Source of the DNA: Malassezia furfur
Lineage: Eukaryota
Strand: one strand, 5' to 3'
DNA length: 43,833 nucleotides
Assembly (NCBI GenBank): GCA_052055015.1
Contig: JBQJIT010000043.1
Shown: piece by piece, positions 24,745 through 33,751 of the stretch
How positions within the stretch are numbered: position 1 is the first letter of the stretch
How the letters are laid out: every line of letters starts with the position of its first letter
The notes under the pieces: generated by a model
Told to the model about the DNA's origin: nothing
The model's database searches: none
The model's input: only the letters and a program-made list of their open reading frames with translations
Position numbers and translations under genes: made by a program

Positions 24745-25794
24745 ATGTCGCAATCTTTGACCCCGTTTGAGAATGCCCTTGCTGGCGCGTTGGGAGGTGG
24801 GTTGTTCGAGTGGTGAAATGCTAACCACAGGCGTATTCTCCAATGCCGTGGTATACCCCCTCGATACGTATGTATACCCCACTAATCGCCAGCGTCAAGA
24901 CGCGTATCCAGGCAGACAAGGCGGCCGACGCCAAGGCACACCCAGATGTTAAGAAGCAGCTTGGAATTCTCGGCACGCTCCTTTCCATCGTGAAGAGCAA
25001 GGGAGGACCTGCCGCGCTTTATCGCGGCTTTGTAGCCAACATGGCTAACGCGTTCTTCCAGCGTACGTGATATATTGACGGGTCAGAGTTTGCCTACTTT
25101 TACTGGTACACGCTCGTTCGTTCTCTGTATATTCGCCGCGTGCTCCGCTCCAGCGAGGCTGCCCCTGCTTTGAACACGGCGACTGAATTGGTCCTTGGTG
25201 CGGTATCCGCCGCACTCGGACAGCTCTTCACGACGCCAGTCGGTGTGATTGCTACCCGCCAGCAGATTGGTACGGAGAGTCACGAGGAAGACGACACGGT
25301 TATGGGACACATAAAGGAGATCTACCACAAAGACGGCATCACAGGCTTCTGGCGTGGCCTGCGACCGAGCCTGGTACTTACGGTGAACCCTGCGATCACC
25401 TACGGTGTTTACGAGCGTACGTGTTCTCCTCTTACCCAGGCATCAAAACGGTGATTCTGGCTGCGTCTGATGGACACATGACGCCTGGCAAGTCGTTTGT
25501 CGTTGGTGCTCTTTCTAAGACCCTGGCCACGGTGGTGACGTATGTATCGCCGCGCACTGACGCAGTTTCCCTTATATTCTCTCGAAGATCCGTCTCCAGG
25601 CCAAGAACACGCCGTACAAGAATGCGTTCGAGGTCTTGGGTCACATCCTGGAGGAGAAGGGTCTGGCTGGGTGGTATCAGGGCATGCAGGCGCAGATCAC
25701 CAAGGCTGTGCTGTCGCAAGCGCTCCTCTTTTACTTCCGTGACTACTTTGAGATCTGGACTCTCCAGCTTTTGGCGTTCACGGGGAAGAAGTGA
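24745..25794 (+). CDS. ANT1: Mitochondrial-carrier-family protein of the peroxisomal adenine nucleotide transporter type; introns 24797-24830, 24868-24892, 25063-25086, 25417-25439, 25540-25565
   Basis: LTPFENALAGALG|GVFSNAVVYPLDT|VKTRIQ, FAYFYWY, QLFTTPVGVIATRQQ, FWRGLRPSLVLTVNPAITYG, T|FPYILSKIRLQ and WYQGMQAQITKAVLSQALLF. Confidence 0.85.
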
Positions 25795-25815
25795 TTTCGC
25801 TTACTTCCGTGTTAT

Positions 25816-26470
25816 CTAACGATATGCTGCAGGTCGTACAGTATGGGTATCAGGCAATGGCTCATGGTATGCCACGAGACGTAGCTGTTCGGTATTTTGT
25901 GGGTGCGGTTCGACGACATGCGTTTCGCGAAGGTAAATGACCACATCGTGATCGTAGTCTTGGGTGGACACGTATGGATTACTCGGGTTTTCCCATAACG
26001 CATTCAACAGAGTCTGTATCAGCAAGCAGAACATACTTCTAGCAACAGGCGGAGTTCCGCGCACCGTTCCTGGTCCTGGAATGCACGGTTGGTGATCGTG
26101 ATGAGCGCTTGCATCAGTTCCTTCTCGGACTTGGGTTGCAGTGTTGGGGATACATCGCGCTCCTGTTCCAGCGTTTGTGCGATGGTTTTTAGTTCTCTGA
26201 GGACAGTCCGTTCTCTGCATGAGGAGTGCACGTACTGCTCGACCTTTTGCTTTTCCATGCTCAGGTCTTGGCGTAGCGACGCAAGGAGAGATCTATGCTC
26301 GGATATACTCGTTCGCAACTGGTCTACCAGTGCCCCATCATCCTTGAGCTCAGGTAAAGCCGTGAGTTCTCTATTAGTCGACAGAACCTACTTCTTTGCG
26401 TAGCCAGAATTGCGTCGTCCAGGCGCTGGCGCTCCTGGGCGAGCCGTTCTTTCTCAGCGGCTCCTTGCAT
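25816..26470 (-). CDS. Probable inner-kinetochore subunit CENP-K (Sim4/Mcm22); introns 26014-26036 and probably 26369-26391
   Basis: Coiled-coil N-terminal two thirds, then LRLLLE|TLLNALWENPSNPYV..VVIYLRETHVVEPHPQNTEQLRLVAYHE, resembling the CENP-K C-terminal motif (L.N.....P.DPY..L....I...HP.D..R.RL..F). The first exon and its GAG acceptor are uncertain. Confidence 0.6.
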
Positions 26471-26477
26471 GCTTCTC

Positions 26478-26483
26478 CACGTG
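26478..26483. promoter_or_regulatory. CACGTG E-box in the 78-bp CENP-K-like/MDM31 divergent promoter
   Basis: CTCCACGTGGAG 12-bp palindrome between divergent ATGs. Confidence 0.55.
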
Positions 26484-26548
26484 GAGGTAGTTGGCCCGTG
26501 TGGAGACTTCGCTGGTGCAAATTGCCAGGAACTTGACCGGAGCGGGCG

Positions 26549-28895
26549 ATGTCCCGTATGGCATGCACGATTCGACTCTCGCTGCACGCATCGCGACCGG
26601 CTCACTGGCTTTACAGGCCGGTAGTAAGGAATGCATTTAGCCCATCTGTATCCCGTGCACTCCACTGGAGCGTGCCGCGACTGGATGCCAAGAGTTCCGA
26701 TGAAGACGCCAAGGGGCAGCGCTCTCCCCACGAGAGCGAGGTGGCCAAGGCGCCGAGCACGTCGCATGAGCTTGTTGAGACCAACAAAAGCATGTTTGAC
26801 AATTATCCCCGTTCGTTGCGTGAGCTCGCACTGAAAGCCCGGAGCTTCACACGTGCACGGACAGGTGAGGCCGCGAACGCAGCTCAAGGGTCAACAGGTG
26901 CACGGCCAGGCGCGGCGCGGCATACGCCTACTCAAGAAGACCTGCTTCGGATTGCACGAGGGTTTTGGACACGCATGCGCATCCGATTCAAGTGGTTTAC
27001 GATCCGCAGTTTCCGCCGGTTTAACATTGATGAGATCAGTGCCTTCTTTACGTTGGGCGGTCTTGGCACGGCAATCTGGGTGATCGTCGGAACGTACGTA
27101 TAACGTACTTACACAGAACCACGTTTGTCTCGGTGATCTTTGCGACACTCAATCTGCTCAATTTGCAAGGTATGTATGACGTCTGCTCATCCAGAATACA
27201 TTGCGCTGCGCCTGGCCAACTACATTTCTAAGCAGACCGGTTTCACGGTGGTTTGTGGTAGCGCCATCGTTCCCAAATGGCGTGAGGGACGGATTAGCTT
27301 CCGCGATGTTGTGGTTACGCGTCGAGCTGAGCCCATCGCGCCGGCAGAGCTGCAAAACGAGCGCCAGGCGCACGAAAGCGATGGACATCCTCACAGCCAT
27401 GTCGATCCACACCTGACCATATACCACGACATTCCTGCCTTTGACACGGGCGATGAGGTGGTTTCACCGCTTGGTCACGAAGAGCTGGCATTGTTGCCCG
27501 AAGAGGAGAAACATGACAAGAACTTTGCCATGTTTGAGCTCCGGATTGACTCACTGGATGTTCAGCTGAGTCTGCGGCGATGGCTGGATGGGCATGGCTT
27601 GATTTATGCGGCCGAGATGCGTGGCGTGCGTGGCATCGTCGATCGACGCAACGTCTTCTGGGACCCCGACGTCCCGTACGACCCGCGTCAGTCGCGGCGG
27701 AAGCCTAAGCCAGGCGACTTGGATTTGGCATCGTTCCGGATGGAAGATTTCCTCGTGACCGTGTACCAGCCAGGAAACTTCCGTCCGTTCAACGCGAGCA
27801 TTTTTGAGATGCGCGTTCCTCGACTGCGACTGCAGTGGCTCTTTTACGACCTACTCAATGCCGACTCCATCACTGGGCAAATTGATGGCTGTTTGTTCAG
27901 TTTGCACAAGCCACAGAGCGTCCAGCATACCTCTCACCACCTCTATGGAAAGCACAAGGGTCACTACCTCCAAAACTGGGTATGTTTTCCTCCTAACTCA
28001 GTCTCGACTGCGTGTCGATGGTGTCAACATTGACCACGTGCAAAAAATGGCCGGCATGGCAGGGCCACTGACCTGGATTTACTCAGGTCGTTTTGACCGT
28101 ACGTTACTCGACTGACGCAGTGGTGGCGGATATCAAATTCCCGCGCGAGTACGACAAAGACGTGGATATCAACACGATCATCTCCGAGATCCTTGAAAAC
28201 CTCAGCACCACTTTTGCCGTTGAGCCGACCAAGCGTACCAACCAAGAGGCACTCATCCCTGGTCAGCCCGAGCTGAGTGGACCGGCCATCTATGCACCGG
28301 TTGCTGCCGTGGGTCCTGTCGCAGAGCGCGCACAAAAGGAGCGCGTGGAACACGACCAAGAAACGAAAAACCTTGCTCGTCGTGGCCAGTCACCCAGTGT
28401 TCCGACCGAAGCGCCTCGTCTATCGCTCGTCACCGAATCGGAAGACGGCGAGGCAAAGATGATCCCTCCATCCGTGGTGATTGAAATGGACGTGCGTCTA
28501 AAAGACATTAAAGCCTCTATGCCCATCTTCACACGGGAGCTCAGCTATTCTTCTTACGCACTCGCACGGCCCGTTGTGGCTTTTATGAATGCACACAAGA
28601 CGCTGATTCCGGTTAATTGCCGGATTGTCATGGATCTTGTACGTCTTTCTTCTGACCACAGAGCGAATTCGATGGGTCCTTGGACCTTGCCCAAACGGGC
28701 CTATTGCCCCTCGTGTCGCGCAGGATTTACGAGGCGCTTGCCAACCACGTTACGTCGCAACAGGCAAATACGCAACGTGTGCGCAATGTAAGCCTATGGT
28801 CTCTCGACTTGGCAGCACAAGGCATGCTCCGACTTGCGCGTAATTTCCGAAATACAATGAGCCGCGTCCTGCCTGCTCCTGAAGTGCCCGCCTAA
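26549..28895 (+). CDS. MDM31: Mitochondrial distribution and morphology protein Mdm31/Mdm32; introns 27094-27116, 27170-27194, 27980-28001, 28099-28120, 28639-28661
   Basis: Presequence-like N-terminus, GFWTRMRIRFKWFTIRSFRRFNIDEISAF, IVGT|TTFVS, SAIVPKW, GVRGIVDR, LRLQWLFYDLLNA..GQIDGCLFSLH, SRLRVDGVNIDH and SEFDGS. Confidence 0.93.
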
Positions 28896-28908
28896 TCAAG
28901 ATATACCC

Positions 28909-29437
28909 TTATTTGTCCTTGGTATTCGGTTTCGGCATCAGCCCCGGAATGGCACCGCGCCAGCTTGCCTTGTCAAAATAGTAATTACCGTATACGCCAA
29001 GACCAACCCCAAAGACTGCTGTGCTTAGGGCCAACGAGATGGGTGACCTCCATAGCCAGGGCAGTGTCGGCAGCGTCTTGAAGGTGATGTACGTCAAGGA
29101 CCATGCTACGTTTAGCAAACCACGCACCTGTAATCACGCCACTCCCATTCAACGTGTCCCCTTGTCCAATGATATATCCTCCAGTCGCAAACAGTGCACC
29201 AAATCCAGCGAGTTGCCAGAAGGGAGGAACGAGTCGGGGAATCTTGTACGTCGCACGTGCGTTCAAGGTCGCATGGGCGAAGCCAAAAGGCAACGCAGCG
29301 GCACCTGGATTAGCTCGAAACGTACAAATCCCAGAAAGAGCATATGCTGGACGTGGATCAGTCGCCTTGGAGCGCAAAGACTCCCACACTGGCAGCACAT
29401 GGGCCTGAAGCGCGCTGATCGGAGAATCAGAAGCCAT
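28909..29437 (-). CDS. AIM19: Aim19-family small mitochondrial membrane protein; introns 29106-29127 (22 nt) and probably 29305-29325 (21 nt)
   Basis: GFGALFATGGYIIGQGDTLNGSGVIT|AWSLTY matches the Aim19 GG.....D..NG.G...AWS..Y pattern; several hydrophobic helices. Confidence 0.72.
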
Positions 29438-29499
29438 GGTTACCTTCTGGAACCTCCACACGGCGTGGGCGCTCGTTTCTCGTTTCGCCTTTGTGGAGT

Positions 29500-30229
29500 A
29501 TGAGCGGATTGGAAAGTGCGTAGCGAGGCAAACACTGACGACAGAGTCGCTCTTCCAGCTAAAAGTACGCAAAGAACTCTCACCCAGTTCACGGCGAAGT
29601 CGCTTCAGCGCCAAGCAAACAAAGCCAGTCGTGACGAAGTCTCAGAAAAGGCGAAGTTGAAAAAGGTGAGGCTCCCAGGTCTAACCCAGGCGCTTGCGCA
29701 AGATAACGTCGAGGGTGCTCGGATCTATGCCGCGAATTCGATCAGGAAGAAGAATGAGTCGCTTAACTTGCTTCGCCTCAGCAGCCGGATTGATGCGGTT
29801 GCTAGCCGTGTAGAAACGGCTGTGGCAATGCGCCAAGTGACAGGAAATATGACCTCGGTGGTCAAAGGTCTGGACCGCGCCATGCAAACCATGGACCTAG
29901 AGCGTGTAAGTATCTCTGCTGATCCAAAGATCTCTATGGTGATGGACAAGTTTGAGAATCAACTCGAAGACGTCGATGTCCAAACGTCCTACATGGAATC
30001 GACTATGGGATCCACTACTGCCACTGGCATGCCTCAAGACCAAGTGGATACGCTCATGCAGCAGGTTGCTGACCAGAATGGAATCGAACTCAACCACCAG
30101 CTAGGCGAAGCGCGACTGGAAGGCAAAGTGGCCGAGCTGCCGACGGGCGAAGTTGACAAGCAAAAGGCCCAGGCAGATACCGACGAAGCGCTTGCACAGA
30201 GACTACGTGCTCTTCGTCCCGCTACATAG
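29500..30229 (+). CDS. DID2: ESCRT-III-associated protein Did2/Vps46/CHMP1; introns 29516-29544, 29565-29587, 29666-29689, 29906-29929
   Basis: MSGLEK|SLFQLK|FTAKSLQRQA, ARIYAANSIRKKNE..LLRLSSRIDAVASRV.TA, ISMVMDKFE, PQDQVDTLMQQVAD and a C-terminal MIM1 element DEALAQRLRALR. Confidence 0.95.
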
Positions 30230-30403
30230 ACCTACATATCACCACATGTATCTGTCGCACCTCGTACGCGCTGCGACGACCACACATAGGCGGTCTCCCG
30301 GCGGCTCCCCGCAGTCTTGGCACGCGATACGCGTCGGTCGCTGAGTCAGCAAAATAAAGCACACTAGGAACGCGTGCGGCTTTTTTGGATCGAGCCATAC
30401 GCG

Positions 30404-32809
30404 ATGAGCAACCCCTCGAGCTCCTGGGGCGCCACGCAGCGGCAAGTGCGGCGGCGTCCTAGCGCGTACCTTGATACAACACCAGCATCGAGTGCCATTT
30501 CCTTGGATGAACTGGCCGAGCTGGAAGACTCGGTTAGTGGTTTGCAACGGAAGCCGTCAGTGGATGAGTTTTCGCGAATTTTGTCTGAGTTGGGCGCGAA
30601 TCGACGCGTTGTAGATGGATCGCGCTCGTCCCTGCATCGTGCCTCTCATCAAAGTCTCACTAGCAGTGAAGACGGGCGTAGCTTGAGCCGCGCAAGCGTC
30701 GCCGATGACGACGCTTCGGTCTCAAGTGGACTCCGTGTGCTTTGTTGCTGTGGCCAGTTGCAGTGCGATGCAACGCGGCGGTTTGGACAACAGATCCGCG
30801 ACCTGGAATCTGACCTGCAGCTGAGTGCTGAGATTGGGCAGGCTTTGTTGAAACGCCAAGATGCTCTTGTGCACAAGACCCAACAAGAAGCTGAAGAACA
30901 TGTACAGCAGCGCGACCAGCTTCTAGCGCGACTCACGCAAAGCATAAAGGACAATCAAATGCTCGAACGGCAACTTTCTCAGACTAAGTTCAACTTGGAG
31001 GCGGCCGATCAGAGCCACCACGCGCTCCTGACCGAATTGTCGGACGTTCGGCAGCAGCTGAAGCAGATGAAGGCGCACCGTTTGAAAGCGGTGAATCTCG
31101 AAACCAAACTCGATTATGCCACTTCCGAGCTGCAGGATATTCGTCACGAGCTTGACGTGGAGCGCCGACGCGCGCGTGCTGCCGAATGCCGGAGTGAGCA
31201 AGTGATGGCGAAGCGGTGCTTTGATCTAAGCGAGGTCCTTAGCGGGATGGACGACCAGCTGACGTCCCTATCTTCATGGGGTCCGCTCTTCCAGCGTCTC
31301 TCCAAAGCGGTGCCTAAGGAGGAGATGGCCATTCAGTCCCTCATGGACGAATACGAGTCGGTTACCGCCGAGAATGCCAAGCTACGAACAACGTTTGACG
31401 CATGTCGGCAAGAAATCAAGCGTCTGCGGAAGCTTTCCAAGGCACGTACAGATCTCGAGATGCGCGACGATGTGCCGAATCCTGAGCATCCGGCATTGGA
31501 GGGTCCGTCAGATGCGGAGCTCTCTACGTCACACGACGACCATGGTGCATCGGAGGCCACGGCCAAGTCTTCGCAAGACGTACCGACGATGAACTCTGCG
31601 CGAAGCGTCGCAACAATCTCAAGCGATGGAACCGCGCGAGTTCCCTCTGGTTCCTCGCGTGGTGAGCACTTTTCCGAGGGTCGTCGGAGTGACGGCACGT
31701 CGGTCACTACACCTTCACTTCACTCTCACACGATGCACGACGAGAAGTCGAGCAACGATGCGCATTCGATGCACACCTTTAGCACGGACCGAGACTATGA
31801 TGCTCAGCACGATGCGCGCACGGCGCAGCTGGCTGCGGTGCTCGAGTTTGTGCAGCGCACCTACACCAAGCTTGCGAATGCCGATATTGATACGCTCGCT
31901 GCGCGTCTGCAGCGCCAGAAGCTGGCGGGTGATGTATCGCATTTGGCCCAGACCACCATTCAGGCATCGGTCCGAGACGTGGAGAATTTGCGCGAGCATT
32001 TCCGGCGCCAACTCGATCGCGAGATGCGCGAAAGTCGTCTGAGCGCACGCGATACCCCCGATACGAGTCTGGTGACACGCCGCGACTTTTTCGCGTTGAT
32101 CAAGCTGCTCCGCGAGGTGCTGCTGGAGGTTGCGCGTCTACGGCGCGCGGTCAACGACGTGCACCTTAACCCGACGAACGCAGCCAGCATCCTCCACGAG
32201 CAGCTGCAAGCCAGTATGGACTATGCGCCGAAGGGGTCTTGGATCTCGCGGATTTTGACGGGTGCGCTTAGCAACAACGAAGCGCCGTCAACGCCGCCGC
32301 CGCCGAGATCCCCGGCGCCAACGACACCGCAAGAATCCATGTTTTCCCGGATTATCGGATCATCCACGCCGACGCCTATGCCGACGTCTCCCATGCCCGA
32401 GCGGCGACGTGCGAATGCGTTGCCCGTACACATGATGCCGCGTGCGTCGGTGGCCAAGCCGACTCCAATGGCCGTCCAAGCGTGTGGTTCCCAGGTGTCG
32501 GTGGCTGGATCACACTTTCCCCAGCACATGAGTACGCGTGGAATGCCAATGCGGTCGTCGCATCTAGCCCCACCAACGCGCTTGCGCGATACGGCCGATC
32601 TGCGGCAGCCGACGCGCATGCGGAACGACGATGCTATACATATGCGCTATGGTGATCTCTTTGACCCCACTCGTACACTCCGGCCACGCGCGCGGGGAAT
32701 GAGCGACAGCTCTATTCACAGCACGTACATGGAGCACGCCGAGCGTGCTGCTCCGGTCGACCGTGTGATCACACACGAGAGCCTCACCCTGGGTGGGGAC
32801 ACCGACTAG
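30404..32809 (+). CDS. Uncharacterised ~800-aa coiled-coil protein with CCCGxxxC and a HAP1/TRAK/BICD-like CC1-box segment
   Basis: Long ORF needing no intron; LCCCGQLQC..IRDLESDLQLSAEIGQALLKRQ followed by heptad-rich coiled coil, a second helical domain (LANADIDTLAARLQRQKLAGDVSHL) and Ser/Pro-rich tails. Confidence 0.75.
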   Translation: MSNPSSSWGATQRQVRRRPSAYLDTTPASSAISLDELAELEDSVSGLQRKPSVDEFSRILSELGANRRVVDGSRSSLHRASHQSLTSSEDGRSLSRASVADDDASVSSGLRVLCCCGQLQCDATRRFGQQIRDLESDLQLSAEIGQALLKRQDALVHKTQQEAEEHVQQRDQLLARLTQSIKDNQMLERQLSQTKFNLEAADQSHHALLTELSDVRQQLKQMKAHRLKAVNLETKLDYATSELQDIRHELDVERRRARAAECRSEQVMAKRCFDLSEVLSGMDDQLTSLSSWGPLFQRLSKAVPKEEMAIQSLMDEYESVTAENAKLRTTFDACRQEIKRLRKLSKARTDLEMRDDVPNPEHPALEGPSDAELSTSHDDHGASEATAKSSQDVPTMNSARSVATISSDGTARVPSGSSRGEHFSEGRRSDGTSVTTPSLHSHTMHDEKSSNDAHSMHTFSTDRDYDAQHDARTAQLAAVLEFVQRTYTKLANADIDTLAARLQRQKLAGDVSHLAQTTIQASVRDVENLREHFRRQLDREMRESRLSARDTPDTSLVTRRDFFALIKLLREVLLEVARLRRAVNDVHLNPTNAASILHEQLQASMDYAPKGSWISRILTGALSNNEAPSTPPPPRSPAPTTPQESMFSRIIGSSTPTPMPTSPMPERRRANALPVHMMPRASVAKPTPMAVQACGSQVSVAGSHFPQHMSTRGMPMRSSHLAPPTRLRDTADLRQPTRMRNDDAIHMRYGDLFDPTRTLRPRARGMSDSSIHSTYMEHAERAAPVDRVITHESLTLGGDTD

Positions 32810-32836
32810 CTTCGTAGCTTACCTAATACGTTGTCG

Positions 32837-33675
32837 ATGCCGACGGCGCTGCAGGTGCGCGTCGCGCCGCACATCACGCTGGATGTGCGCGTACATGTGC
32901 CGAAATGTGCAAACCGGGGTGTGGTGGTGATCGGGCATCGTACGTAGAAAGGGTCTGATCGCAGCATATGCGTACGTTGGTGGATCGCAGGACAACCATG
33001 TCGTCCAAGCTGTTGCGCACACCTTTGTGCGGTTCGGCCTGCATGCCGTGACATTTGATACGCGCGGTGTCGGAGCGAGTGGGGGAAGGATTTCTTGGAC
33101 TATGTGCCCTGAAAGCGAGGACTATCAGGTGCGTTTAGGTGCTTATCGAGGCGGTGGTCGATGCGGCACTTACCGAAATTGGGCCGCCCAGCGCCGGTGC
33201 GGAGCTTTACCTTTGTGTAGGTACTAGTGACTGACGCAGGGATACAGTGCCGGTGCAATACAGTACGTGGTCTGCTGATCTTTAGGGCATCGACTGCGCG
33301 CGCCCCGCGCACGGGCGGATGGAGCGAGGTACCTGTACGCTACGTACTCCTCTCGTACCCTCTCGGCGTACGGTGGGTTTTGACCTCTTTCCACGGCAGC
33401 TTCTTCCAACGTGCGTTGGAGCAGATGGTGCGATCGTGCGCTGAGGGCGATACACGCGCCTTGCTGGTCACGACGACACGCGACCAATTCACGTCTGCCT
33501 CGGTACGTCGCCTACATCCTGACACCAGACATATGCATCGTGGGTCGAATCCCTCTCTGCTCCCAATATCACGGCGCGCTCGCTCGACGAGGACCACTTC
33601 TTTTTGACCAAATCGGCGCTTGACGCACTGACCAACGTCCTGGACGCGTGGTGGGCCAACCTCCACCCGTGTTAA
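32837..33675 (+). CDS. Small alpha/beta-hydrolase-fold protein; introns 32940-32964, 33129-33150, 33217-33239, 33263-33285, 33503-33528
   Basis: Spliced product VVIGH|PYAYVGGSQDNHVV..TFDTRGVGASGGRISWT..ESEDYQ|..LYLC|GYSAGAIQ|..YVLLSYP..RDQFT..|..DEDHFF. A putative Ser-Asp-His triad (GYSAG, DQF, DHF) is intact. Confidence 0.85.
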
Positions 33676-33751
33676 GGCCCCGTCGGCCGACAAAGTTCAA
33701 AATACGAGACCAACACTCGGCATTCCGCGGCAGTGCAGTTTCGGGGACGCC

